From Desulfatiglandales bacterium (GTDB lineage: Bacteria; Desulfobacterota; DSM-4660; Desulfatiglandales; Desulfatiglandaceae): 64,000 bases of DNA. This document shows, piece after piece, positions 39,733 to 49,643 of the stretch. The translations under genes and the position numbers were made by a program. Below the pieces are notes generated by a model, which had not been told where the DNA came from, did not search any database, and worked only from the letters and a program-made list of their open reading frames with translations. How positions within the stretch are numbered: the stretch's first letter is position 1; the number at the start of each line of letters is the position of its first letter. The stretch spans positions 2,624,001-2,688,000 of the forward strand of contig OY762721.1 in the NCBI GenBank assembly GCA_963666345.1, given 5' to 3'.

Positions 39733-42213
39733 TCATTCATCCTCCACTGCAATTCCAAGCTCCTTTTCCTTTTTAGCAACCGTAATCCTGGTCTTGATGA
39801 CAGTGTCCGGAATAAGGCTGATTGAGTCTATGCCGCACTCGACCAGAAACTCAGCAAAGTCTGGGAAATCACTCGGTCCCTGTCCGCATATGCCGATCTT
39901 CCTGCCCTTTTTCTTGGCAACGTCTATGGCTTGGGAAATGAGCCTTTTTACGGATTCATTCCTCTCGTCGTACAGGTGGGAAACGAGCGAGGAATCCCTG
40001 TCCAGACCGAGTGCAAGCTGGGTGAGGTCGTTGGACCCTATTGAAAAACCGTCAAATATATCGGCAAACCTGTCCGCGCATATCACATTGCTTGGGATTT
40101 CGCACATAACGTAAATCTCGAGTCCGTCTTCGCCCTGGACAAGCCCGAACTTTTTCATCAGTTCGATGACTTTTATCCCCTCCTCAGGGGTCCTGCAGAA
40201 AGGCACCATGAGTTTGATGTTTTTCAGCCCTATCTCACTTCTTGCCCTGTATAACGCTCGGCATTCCAGCTCAAAGGCGGGCATGAACTTTTTATCATAG
40301 TAACGGGACGCACCCCTCCATCCTATCATGGGGTTGCTTTCTTCAGGTTCGTAGAGAAATCCCCCAAGCAGGTTCTTATACTCATTTGTCTTGAAATCGG
40401 ACAACCTTACTATAACGTCATTCGGGTAGAAGCCTGCGGCAATGCGGCTTACACCTTCAGATAGCTTGTCGATGAAAAACCTGGACTTGTCTTCATAAAC
40501 GGCTGTGGTCTGATCTATCTTATAGACAACTCCCGCGACTCGCTGGTCGTTTTTTGCCATTTCCCTGAGCTTGTCATATTCAAGGAGGGCCAGGGGATGT
40601 ATCCCGACGTGGGAACTTATGATGAATTCCTGCCTTGCCAGGCCCACTCCGTCGTTTGGTATCCTCCCCTGGGTAAATGCCTTTTCCGGCATTCCCACGT
40701 TCATCATTATTTTTGTTCGGGTCTTTGGTAATTCTTCCAGGTTTATTTTTTCTATATCGTATTTCAGTATCCCGTCGTAAACATGTCCTGTTTCTCCCTC
40801 ACAGCAGGAGACGGTTATTTTCTGCCCGCTTTTAATGATTTCATCGCCGTTTCCGGTCCCTATTACGCAGGGAATGCCCAGTTCTCTGGAGATTATCGCC
40901 GCATGGCAGGTTCGACCACCCTTGTTTGTTACGATAGCTGCGGCGATCTTCATGATAGGTTCCCAGTCCGGATCGGTCATGCTGGTGACGAGCACCTGAC
41001 CCTTTTCAAACCTGTCCATCTCAAGGGTCGAACCTATAATAGTTGTTACCCCTTGTCCTATCTTGGTTCCCACTGCGGTTCCGGTAGCCAGGGTCTCTCC
41101 TTTTTCAAGGAGGTGGTAGCTTTCGTAGGTGTTCCCAGCCTGCTGGGAATGGTAGGTCTCAGGCCTTGCCTGGACAATGAAAAGCTCGCCGCTTCCCACA
41201 TTGACGCCGTCGCCGTCCTTCGCCCATTCGATATCCATCGCCTTGAAATGCCCGGCTTCTTCGCTGTAGTGCTCTTCAATTATGCAGGCCCATTCGGCAA
41301 GTTTCAGGATCTCTTCATCGTCCAGTACATAGCGGTGTCTTTCGGTAAGGGTTGTGGGGACATTTTTTACCGTTGTTTCATCCTCCATGGAGTAGACCAT
41401 TTTGATGTCTCTGTCGCCGACTTTCCTGCTTATGATGGCAGGCATTCCTTTTCTGAGCGAGGGCTTGAACACGTAAAATTCATCAGGGTTTACCACGCCC
41501 TGTACGACGTTCTCTCCAAGCCCGTAGGCCCCTGTGATGAAGACCACGTCTTTGAACCCTGTTTCGGTGTCAATGGAAAACATGACACCTGAATAGGCCG
41601 AATCACTTCTCACCATCTTCTGAACCGCAATCGAAAGAGAGACGTCAAACTGGTCATAACCCTTGTCATGACGGTATGAGATCGCGCGGTTTGTAAAAAG
41701 GCTCGCGAAACAGTTTTTACATGCGTCAAGCACGCTCAGCCTTCCGCGGATATTAAGGAAGGTGTCCTGCTGTCCTGCAAAGGATGCGTCAGGTAGGTCT
41801 TCGGCGGTTGCGGAAGAGCGTATGGCGACATCCAGATTGTCCTTTCCCTGTTCGCCGAATTCGGCCGCGAGTTTTTCATATGCATTGAATATGGCCTGGG
41901 TAAGGTCGGGAGGGAACTCCGCGTGCTTGATCACCTCCCTTACGTTTCTTCCTCTCCTCATAAGGTCGTTCAGATCCGAGGTGTCAAGTCCCTTTAAAAT
42001 CTTCTTTATTTCATCGTCCACTCCGGAGTACTTGAGCATATATCTGTATGCGTAAGCCGTAATGGCGAAGCCGTTTGGAACCCTTATCCCGGCACCGTGA
42101 AGTTTCTGGTACATCTCGCCCAGGGAGGCGTTTTTACCTCCCACAAGGGGTACGTCCTCTATTCCTATCTCATTGAACCACAGGATGAACTTTTTTTCAT
42201 TTGTCGCTGCCAT
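39733..42213 (-). CDS. ppsA: Phosphoenolpyruvate synthase
   Basis: VGGKNASLGEM, RSSATAED, GGRTCHAAI, FSIGSNDLTQL, GICGQGPS. Confidence 0.96.
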   Translation of the reverse strand: MAATNEKKFILWFNEIGIEDVPLVGGKNASLGEMYQKLHGAGIRVPNGFAITAYAYRYMLKYSGVDDEIKKILKGLDTSDLNDLMRRGRNVREVIKHAEFPPDLTQAIFNAYEKLAAEFGEQGKDNLDVAIRSSATAEDLPDASFAGQQDTFLNIRGRLSVLDACKNCFASLFTNRAISYRHDKGYDQFDVSLSIAVQKMVRSDSAYSGVMFSIDTETGFKDVVFITGAYGLGENVVQGVVNPDEFYVFKPSLRKGMPAIISRKVGDRDIKMVYSMEDETTVKNVPTTLTERHRYVLDDEEILKLAEWACIIEEHYSEEAGHFKAMDIEWAKDGDGVNVGSGELFIVQARPETYHSQQAGNTYESYHLLEKGETLATGTAVGTKIGQGVTTIIGSTLEMDRFEKGQVLVTSMTDPDWEPIMKIAAAIVTNKGGRTCHAAIISRELGIPCVIGTGNGDEIIKSGQKITVSCCEGETGHVYDGILKYDIEKINLEELPKTRTKIMMNVGMPEKAFTQGRIPNDGVGLARQEFIISSHVGIHPLALLEYDKLREMAKNDQRVAGVVYKIDQTTAVYEDKSRFFIDKLSEGVSRIAAGFYPNDVIVRLSDFKTNEYKNLLGGFLYEPEESNPMIGWRGASRYYDKKFMPAFELECRALYRARSEIGLKNIKLMVPFCRTPEEGIKVIELMKKFGLVQGEDGLEIYVMCEIPSNVICADRFADIFDGFSIGSNDLTQLALGLDRDSSLVSHLYDERNESVKRLISQAIDVAKKKGRKIGICGQGPSDFPDFAEFLVECGIDSISLIPDTVIKTRITVAKKEKELGIAVEDE

Positions 42214-42422
42214 CCTTGCACTCCTCTTCAGTAAGGATTATTGGTATTTAAAGCAGATTTAGATGTAGTATATTATATTGATTTCAATGGAATATATCGG
42301 ATTTAGACCTAACATTAATGGGAGACCTTGTCAATTGCCAAAATCCTGTCTTCATGCGACATAAAGGCGTCGGGCAGAGGTGCCTGCGCATGTACGCTGT
42401 AGGATCATTGAGTCTTTTTACC

Positions 42423-42893
42423 CTATATATCTTTCAGCCACCCTGAGTGGATTATTCGAAACAGAAGTGCCGTTAAGAGATAAAGGAGCATGAAGGCGAG
42501 GTGAGATATATCTACAAACATGGTGAAGCCTGGGGAAAATACCACGTCAGGCAGGTTTTTGAGCACCCTGAATATGCCTGTGATAACGATTCCTGCCAGC
42601 AGCAGAATCCTTATGCAGGCCGATGAGGTGAGCTTTGAATATCTTCTTTTTATAAGAAAGTAATCCAGGATCGCGTATGTGAGAAAGGCAAGGAGAAATA
42701 TCGCACCAACATAATGGATATAGTGGGTGAGATAGAACTTGGCTGCCCATCCCATGCCCGGTATATCCGCGATGTAGTATCTTTTGAAGATCGGCATCTG
42801 GCCGAAACCGGTGAAGGCCATCACAATAAAGGCAAAAACAAATATTCGGCCCATTGCCTTGCCGGTGATGCTTTTCGACTGGGTATCAGTCAT
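42423..42893 (-). CDS. Four-TM cytochrome b / FdhC-like membrane protein
   Basis: TGFGQMP..RYY, HYIHY, ISHL in hydrophobic helices; follows the Fe-S gene; GGAGG RBS before ATG 42893. Confidence 0.6.
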   Translation of the reverse strand: MTDTQSKSITGKAMGRIFVFAFIVMAFTGFGQMPIFKRYYIADIPGMGWAAKFYLTHYIHYVGAIFLLAFLTYAILDYFLIKRRYSKLTSSACIRILLLAGIVITGIFRVLKNLPDVVFSPGFTMFVDISHLAFMLLYLLTALLFRIIHSGWLKDI

Positions 42894-42895
42894 TT

Positions 42896-43873
42896 TCAAG
42901 ACCTCCTTTCCTGCCGGCTGTCTTTTTTGGTGAAACTCCACACCTTGCCGAGGGCTGCGAAAAGACCGGCAAACGGCGCTATTAACATGGCCTTCGCGAG
43001 GTTGTCCGCATGGGCCATCGAGTCCTCTACAGGGTCCAGATGGGGGATCCCGGGCCCCTTCTGGATAGCCCTGTTGAGTTTGTCAAAGGGTACCGGCGAT
43101 ACGTATATGGTGTTGGTGCCTCCATTTTCCGTTTCACCATAGATGTATCCGTCTATCTCCTCTTTTATTCTGTGAGCCTCTTTTATTATCTTATCTCTGG
43201 GTCCTATTGTCTGAACCTGTTCCGGACATACCTCAATGCAGGCCGGGAGTTTTCCCAGGCCGATAAGGTCGTAACACCTGTCGCATTTGAACATGACCCC
43301 GTTTCCGGCAAAGGCGGGCAGTATATCCAGATAAAGGCCCACGCCTGTCTGGCGCTGAGGAATATCCCAGGGGCATACATCCTTGCACTTAGACCCTCCC
43401 AGGCAGATGTCAGGGTGAATCCTGGTGATTCCATTTTTGAGCTTTCTTGCGGCACCCCAGGGACATAGATCTGCACAGGGAGGATTCTGACAGTGCATAC
43501 ACCGTCGAGGAAACGTGAAGGTCTTTTCCTCCCCTTTGTCTTCGACTGTGGCTTCCTGTATAAACAGCCAGTTGTAGGGAGTGAGCCGGCCGGTCTCATC
43601 CTGTTTGCCGGACCAGTCGGAGACTTTTACCCTGCCGGGATACATCCTGGGAAAAGGCTTTTCAGGCTTCGGAAACTTGTGCCCGTTTGTTTCCTGACAG
43701 GCGTAAACGCATTCCTCGCATCCAATGCATTTTCTTATGTCTATCAATGTTGCCAGTTCATGCCGGTCTGCTTCCATTGCCGATGAAGGCAGAGGGACAG
43801 AGGAAACCCCTGCTGCACCAAGGGCGGCGATGCCGCCTTTTAAAAACGTTCTTCGGGAGATACTTTTGGCCAT
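42896..43873 (-). CDS. Tat-exported 4Fe-4S protein (FdhB/HybA-like)
   Basis: SRRTFLK Tat motif; CIGCEEC..AC, CMHC..PPC..CP, CLG..KC..CP, KCDRC..PAC..CP; C-terminal TM. Confidence 0.85.
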   Translation of the reverse strand: MAKSISRRTFLKGGIAALGAAGVSSVPLPSSAMEADRHELATLIDIRKCIGCEECVYACQETNGHKFPKPEKPFPRMYPGRVKVSDWSGKQDETGRLTPYNWLFIQEATVEDKGEEKTFTFPRRCMHCQNPPCADLCPWGAARKLKNGITRIHPDICLGGSKCKDVCPWDIPQRQTGVGLYLDILPAFAGNGVMFKCDRCYDLIGLGKLPACIEVCPEQVQTIGPRDKIIKEAHRIKEEIDGYIYGETENGGTNTIYVSPVPFDKLNRAIQKGPGIPHLDPVEDSMAHADNLAKAMLIAPFAGLFAALGKVWSFTKKDSRQERRS

Positions 43874-44104
43874 CTTTTTGCTCCTTTTTGCTGATAAGGC
43901 ATAAGGGTCAGGGCCCATTGGACGACATTAGACTATTCCATGTAAAAATATTGTCGAGATATTGAACAGTAAGAAGATAATGCCGAATACATATCATGCA
44001 ATAATACCCGCTTTTTGCACAGTATAACAGATTTTGTGACTGGATAGAAAAATTACCTCAGCATGAGGATATCTTGACGGTGAAGAAGAGGTCTTAAGCA
44101 AACC

Positions 44105-44148
44105 TTGACATCGATAAAAATGGGATATATTATCAGTAACAGTTACTG
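44105..44148 (+). promoter_or_regulatory. Sigma70 promoter and palindromic operator of the Fur/PerR-family gene
   Basis: TTGACA (44105)-17 nt-TATTAT, immediately followed by CAGTAAC-A-GTTACTG (44134-44148). Confidence 0.8.
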
Positions 44149-44176
44149 TTAAGAAAATTTGAGGGGGAGATTCCAA

Positions 44177-44626
44177 TTGAAAAACACCATGATGCCGCAC
44201 CACCGCATGACACGTCAAAGACAGGTTATTCTAGAAGAGATCAGAAATGATAAGACTCATCCTACGGCAGATGAAATTTATGAAAAGGTAAGGAAGCGAA
44301 TACCCAGGATAAGTATGGGAACGGTTTATCGCAATCTTGATATGCTTGCTTCCTCAGGCCTGATTAAACGCCTCGAGCCGGGCCGAAGCCAGATGAGGTT
44401 TGACGGTGATATAACCGACCATTATCATTTGACATGTGTTAAGTGCGGCAGGATCGAGGATATCCTTTTTGAAAGCCCTGAAAATTCCATTGAGACCCTG
44501 GAAAGGGCACTGGGGCATCTTACCAAATACGGGGTTTTCGGGCACAGGCTTGAATTTTTCGGCCTTTGCTCCATCTGCAGGCGGGAGGAAGATGTAACCG
44601 GATTAGTCTCGCTTGCCGCTAGATAG
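44177..44626 (+). CDS. Fur-family regulator, PerR-like
   Basis: TRQR..I, HPTA, TVYRNL, RFD, HYHLTCVKCGRIED, CSIC; TTG start at 44177 after GAGGGGG. Confidence 0.9.
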   Translation: MKNTMMPHHRMTRQRQVILEEIRNDKTHPTADEIYEKVRKRIPRISMGTVYRNLDMLASSGLIKRLEPGRSQMRFDGDITDHYHLTCVKCGRIEDILFESPENSIETLERALGHLTKYGVFGHRLEFFGLCSICRREEDVTGLVSLAAR

Positions 44627-44730
44627 ATGCAGCGGGAAGATAAACCGCCACGGATCCTTCACAGGGTATGGGAGGTTAGTATCTGTTTTCACGGGTCTGA
44701 GGCCAAACAACAAGGAGGTCCAAGGCGATA

Positions 44731-44964
44731 ATGGAAAGGTTTGAATATGAAGTGACCCTGCATCCGGCCGAAAGGTTTACCCAACTGGTATATTTCTGTA
44801 CTTCAGAAGGCGATTGCGCTCTTAAAAACGTTCCCCAGGACCAGATAAACATACTGAAGGGAATGCTGAATGAAAAAGGCGCGCAAGGGTGGGAGATTGT
44901 AAATCTCTTTCCGGGAAAAGACGGATTAATGGTTTTGTGGAAAAGGAGGAAAAGAGATATATGA
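44731..44964 (+). CDS. Small hypothetical protein (DUF4177-like)
   Basis: AGGAGG RBS; FEYEV...LNEKGAQGWEIV...WKR pattern. Confidence 0.65.
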   Translation: MERFEYEVTLHPAERFTQLVYFCTSEGDCALKNVPQDQINILKGMLNEKGAQGWEIVNLFPGKDGLMVLWKRRKRDI

Positions 44965-45022
44965 GCCGAACTACAACTGGGTTTCAATTTTCACCCGGTT
45001 ATTTGGGCAAATTTTTTTTCAA

Positions 45023-45042
45023 CTTAACAGTAACAGTTACTA
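45023..45042 (+). promoter_or_regulatory. Second copy of the palindromic operator, upstream of cooS
   Basis: CTTAACAGTAACAGTTACTA. Confidence 0.75.
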
Positions 45043-45085
45043 ATGCTGACAAATAAGAGAATTGATCCTTAGAGGAGGTAAACTC

Positions 45086-47062
45086 ATGGGTATAGATAAG
45101 AAGAAGATATCAGAGGCAAAGCCCGTTAATATTAATGATCTGACAATATGTGAATCAACCAGGCAGATGCTCAAAAAGGCTGAGCGTGACGGGGTTGAGA
45201 CCGCCTTTCATCGTGCTCTTTCAATGAAGGCCTGCCCTATAGGAGCGGATTCCGCCTGCTGTAAACACTGTTCCATGGGACCATGCAGGCTTAACGCCAG
45301 AGACCCGTACGGAAAAGTAGGCGTATGCGGAGCTACGATAGATACCATCATGGCAAGAAACTTTGCAAGGATGGTAGCCTCGGGGGCTGCTGCGCATACC
45401 GATCACGGCATGAGCATGCTGGATGTCTTCAGGGAGGTGGTAAACGGAAAAATTGAGGATTACGGGATCAAGGATCCTATCAAGCTCAAGGAAGTGGCGG
45501 AGGAGATAGATATAGAGGTCGAAGGGCGTGAGATCGAAGACATTGCGAAAGATCTTTATCAGGAGCTTGAGCGTACCTATACCCAGGTGGAGGGTGAAAT
45601 TCCTTTCATGAAGAGGGCACCTGAAAAGACCCTGGAGATGTGGAGAAAAAACGGTGTCGTTCCCAGAGGTGCAATGCGCGAAATAATGGAGATGATGCAC
45701 CGGACCCATATGGGGGTTGATCAGGATTATGAAAATATCTCAAAACAGTTTACAAGGACCGCCCTGTCAGACGGGTGGGGAGGTTCCATGGTGGCAACGG
45801 AGATCTCGGACATACTCTTCGGTACACCCACTCCCGTCAGGGGTGAAGTCGACATGGGCTGTCTTAAGGAAGACCATGTAAACTTAATCATACATGGTCA
45901 TGAGCCAAATCTTTTTGAATCGATTCTTGAATCAGTCGAGGACCCCACACTCGTCAAGGCAGCAAAGGACGCCGGCGCCGAAGGAATTAACCTGGTCGGG
46001 ATGTGCTGTTCCGGAGCTGAAATGCTTTCCAGGCACGGAATACCTCATGCCGGTAATTTCATGTCCACTGAAGCCGTTATCGTAACCGGTGCAGTTGATG
46101 CCATGGGGGTGGATGTCCAGTGTATAAAGCAGGGGCTTGTAAAGGTGGCGCAATGTTACGGGACAAGGCTTTTTACGACCAACCCGAGGGCACATATAGA
46201 AGGGGCTCTGCATGTGGAATTTGAAGAGCATGAACCCAGGAAATGCACCGATGAGATAGTCGAAATGGCCATAATGCGTTTCAAGAACAGGAAGCTGCCT
46301 GTGGAGATACCGAATATAAAGACAATGGGTATCCACGGCTTTTCACATGAATATATAAATTACATGCTTGGAGGGACATTCAGGGGTTCCTATACTCCCT
46401 TAAACGATAATATCATCAATGGAAGAATAAGAGGTGTCGCGGGTGTTGTGGGATGTACCAATCCCAGGGTGAAGCACGACTGGGTCCATGTTGAACTGGT
46501 AAAGGAACTCATAAGAAATGACGTGCTTGTTCTCCAGACCGGTTGTTCACAGATATCCCTGGCAAAGGCGGGCCTTTATACCCCGGAGGCGGCGCATCTG
46601 GCGGGTCCGGGACTCAAAGAGGTATGTTCCACCGTGGGCATGCCCCCGGTGCTCGGTATGGGCTCTTGTGTCGATAACAGCCGTATCCTTATAGCGGCCT
46701 CGGAAATGGTGAAGACCGGCGGGCTTGGCGAAACAATAGCGGACCTGCCGGTGGCAGGTGCGGCACCGGAATGGATGAGCGAGAAGGCGATTTCAATAGG
46801 CCAGTACTTTGTGGCATCCGGTGTCTATACCGTGTTCGGAGTAACATTTCCCATCGTGGAGGATACCAAATTTCACAAGCTGCTCTTTGGAGGCCTTGAG
46901 GAAATGGGTTATGGAAGCTGGGGATATACGAAAGATCCTTACGAGATGGCAAAGATGATGCTCGCCCACATAGACAAAAAACGCAAGGCCCTGGGACTTG
47001 ACAAGTCCAGGGAAAGGGTGCTCATGGATATGTCGGATCGAAGGGAACTGGATGCGGCCTAA
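45086..47062 (+). CDS. cooS: Anaerobic Ni,Fe carbon monoxide dehydrogenase
   Basis: C-x7-CCKHCSMGPC, AAAHTDH, HGHEP, GMCC, DVQC, VGC, TGC, GSCVDN, WMSEKA. Confidence 0.96.
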   Translation: MGIDKKKISEAKPVNINDLTICESTRQMLKKAERDGVETAFHRALSMKACPIGADSACCKHCSMGPCRLNARDPYGKVGVCGATIDTIMARNFARMVASGAAAHTDHGMSMLDVFREVVNGKIEDYGIKDPIKLKEVAEEIDIEVEGREIEDIAKDLYQELERTYTQVEGEIPFMKRAPEKTLEMWRKNGVVPRGAMREIMEMMHRTHMGVDQDYENISKQFTRTALSDGWGGSMVATEISDILFGTPTPVRGEVDMGCLKEDHVNLIIHGHEPNLFESILESVEDPTLVKAAKDAGAEGINLVGMCCSGAEMLSRHGIPHAGNFMSTEAVIVTGAVDAMGVDVQCIKQGLVKVAQCYGTRLFTTNPRAHIEGALHVEFEEHEPRKCTDEIVEMAIMRFKNRKLPVEIPNIKTMGIHGFSHEYINYMLGGTFRGSYTPLNDNIINGRIRGVAGVVGCTNPRVKHDWVHVELVKELIRNDVLVLQTGCSQISLAKAGLYTPEAAHLAGPGLKEVCSTVGMPPVLGMGSCVDNSRILIAASEMVKTGGLGETIADLPVAGAAPEWMSEKAISIGQYFVASGVYTVFGVTFPIVEDTKFHKLLFGGLEEMGYGSWGYTKDPYEMAKMMLAHIDKKRKALGLDKSRERVLMDMSDRRELDAA

Positions 47063-47096
47063 AGGCGGTTTGACATAGACGCATGCACAGCAGGGA

Positions 47097-47142
47097 GCCC
47101 TTCGGCATTTTTCAGGCGGCGGCAGCCCGGTTGCCGAAGGGC
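47097..47142 (+). terminator. Stem-loop after cooS
   Basis: GCCCTTCGGCA...TGCCGAAGGGC 11-bp inverted repeat; no T-tail. Confidence 0.35.
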
Positions 47143-47202
47143 GACCCTTAAGGTCGGATAAAATATCTTGGCGACCGAGATCAGCGGAAAAGTTGGAGTA
47201 AA

Positions 47203-49278
47203 ATGGAATACGGCCGTAAGAATAGACTTGCGCATGAAAAAAGCCCCTATCTTCTTCAGCACGCAGAAAACCCCGTAAACTGGTATCCCTGGGGGACGGA
47301 GGCGTTTGAAAATGCCTCCCGGGACCAGGTCCCCATATTCCTTTCCATAGGGTACGCAACCTGTCACTGGTGCCACGTCATGGCCCATGAATCATTTGAA
47401 GACGAACAGGTAGCCGGGATTCTGAATGAGGGTTTCATACCGGTCAAGGTGGACCGTGAGGAAAGGCCGGACATAGACAAGATCTACATGGATGTCTGCC
47501 AGGCGCTTACAGGCAGGGGGGGATGGCCGTTAACCGTAATAATGACACCGCATGGGAAGCCCTTTTTTGCCGGCACATATTTCCCGAAAACTCAGCGCAT
47601 GGGAATGCCCGGCCTTATAGATATACTTAATCAGGTGGCGGACCTGTGGAGGAATGACCGGGGGCATATCCATAATGTAAGCGAGGATATAACAAAGGCA
47701 ATAAGGGGTATGGAAGAAGGGGGACATGAGGCAGAGATTGATTTTGAAGAAATACTTGAAAGGGGTTTCAGCCGGCTTTCAGCGACCTTTGATCCTCAAT
47801 GGGGTGGATTCGGAGATTCACCGAAATTCCCGACTCCTCACAACCTCACTTTTCTTCTCAGATGGCATAACAGGAGTAAGGACCCGCTTGCCATTGAAAT
47901 GGTGGAAAAGACCCTTGTAATGATGAGAAACGGGGGTATTTTCGATCAGATAGGGTTTGGATTTCACCGCTATTCAGTGGATGAAAGATGGCTCGTCCCT
48001 CACTTTGAAAAGATGCTCTACGATCAGGCCCTGATAGCCATTGCCTGTCTTGAGACATCCCGGTTGACCGGGCGGGGCATTTTCGGCGATATCGCACGTG
48101 ATACCTTCACCTATGTGTTAAGGGATATGACAGGGCCTCAAGGCGGATTTTATTCTGCGGAAGACGCGGACAGCGAAGGAAAAGAGGGGTTTTTCTATGT
48201 CTGGAGGCCGGAGGAGATAAAAAGAGAAATCGGCAGGGACAAAGGAGATATTTTCTGCAGGTTCTTCGGGATCAGCGATAAGGGAAATTTTGAAGATAAA
48301 ATGAGCATACCCTTCAGGCGGTTTTCCTGTAAGGAATTCGCCGAAAGGGAGGGAATCAGACCGGAAGAATTGAAAACCGTTCTGGAAGACTCAAGGGCGA
48401 AGCTCTTTAAAGCAAGGGAGAAAAGGCCCCATCCGTTAAAAGACGATAAGATCCTCTGCTCCTGGAACGGACTGATGATCGCAGCACTTGCAAGGGGTTA
48501 CGCCATGTTGCGGGAAGACAGATATCTTGATTCCGCCAAAAAGGCGTGTGCCTTTATTTTCGAAAGACTCATGGATTCAAACGGAAGGCTCCTTCACAGA
48601 TACAGGGAAGGTGAGTCCGCTCATGCAGGATACCTTGAGGACTATGCCTTTTTGATCTGGGGGCTCATAGAGCTCTATGAGTCTTGCTTTGACCCGGATT
48701 ATCTGGAAAAGGCCATTGCCCTTAATCGCGACATGAAGGAGCTTTTCTGGGATGATGCCGATGGGGGGTTTTTTTTCACAGGCAAAGGAAATGAGGAGCT
48801 TATAACCAGAAGCAAGGATGTCCATGACGGCGCACTTCCATCCGAAAATTCCGTGGCAGCCCTTAACCTGTTGCGTCTTGCCAGGATTACCGGGGACAGT
48901 GAGCTTGAAAAAACAGCGGAAGAGATACTAAGGTGCTTTTCGCAACAGGTGAATAAACACCCCGTTGCCTGCACGCATCTTCTGTCCTCGGTTGATTTCA
49001 TGCTGGGCCCCGGCATGGAGATCGTCATAGCCGGCGACCCTGAGGATGATGAAACCGGCCGGATGATCTCTTCTGTTCGGAAAAGGTTTTTGCCGAGCAG
49101 TGTGTTAATCCTGAAAACAGGTGGGAAAAAAGGCGACAAGCTGATTTCTCTTTGTCCGTTTATAAAACATATGAGCCCGCAAAAAGGCAGGCCTTCCGCT
49201 TATGTGTGTGAACATTTTTCCTGCCGCAAACCTTTTACGGATCCGGAAGCTCTGGAAAAATACCTTAAAAGTATGTAA
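47203..49278 (+). CDS. YyaL/SSP411 (DUF255) thioredoxin-domain protein
   Basis: [45 protein letters not shown]. Confidence 0.93.
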   Translation: MEYGRKNRLAHEKSPYLLQHAENPVNWYPWGTEAFENASRDQVPIFLSIGYATCHWCHVMAHESFEDEQVAGILNEGFIPVKVDREERPDIDKIYMDVCQALTGRGGWPLTVIMTPHGKPFFAGTYFPKTQRMGMPGLIDILNQVADLWRNDRGHIHNVSEDITKAIRGMEEGGHEAEIDFEEILERGFSRLSATFDPQWGGFGDSPKFPTPHNLTFLLRWHNRSKDPLAIEMVEKTLVMMRNGGIFDQIGFGFHRYSVDERWLVPHFEKMLYDQALIAIACLETSRLTGRGIFGDIARDTFTYVLRDMTGPQGGFYSAEDADSEGKEGFFYVWRPEEIKREIGRDKGDIFCRFFGISDKGNFEDKMSIPFRRFSCKEFAEREGIRPEELKTVLEDSRAKLFKAREKRPHPLKDDKILCSWNGLMIAALARGYAMLREDRYLDSAKKACAFIFERLMDSNGRLLHRYREGESAHAGYLEDYAFLIWGLIELYESCFDPDYLEKAIALNRDMKELFWDDADGGFFFTGKGNEELITRSKDVHDGALPSENSVAALNLLRLARITGDSELEKTAEEILRCFSQQVNKHPVACTHLLSSVDFMLGPGMEIVIAGDPEDDETGRMISSVRKRFLPSSVLILKTGGKKGDKLISLCPFIKHMSPQKGRPSAYVCEHFSCRKPFTDPEALEKYLKSM

Positions 49279-49643
49279 GGCTGGAATTCGTCCATAAATC
49301 AAGATTTATGGGCTCACGCTATGAGCAATCGGCTCTCATTAAAACATTCGGAATATCAACTTATTGGCTACCTGCTGATAGTTGCCGCTTGCCTGCCGTG
49401 AATGTGGCGGGGCTGAAAGCAGTATCCGGAAGTGAACAATTTCCGGATGTGCACAAGGCCGGGACAAGATAGGCGTTAAAGGGGAGATGTTATCTTTATA
49501 TGATGGAGGTCCCTTTTTTCACTTTCAGCCTTTTTCAATCCCCGGTTGAGTTAAACTCGTAATTTGCTTAATATATCAACTATATCCATTATAAAGGAAT
49601 GAAAAGTTGAATAGCCTTAAATAACAGACAGGGGGACTGGAAG

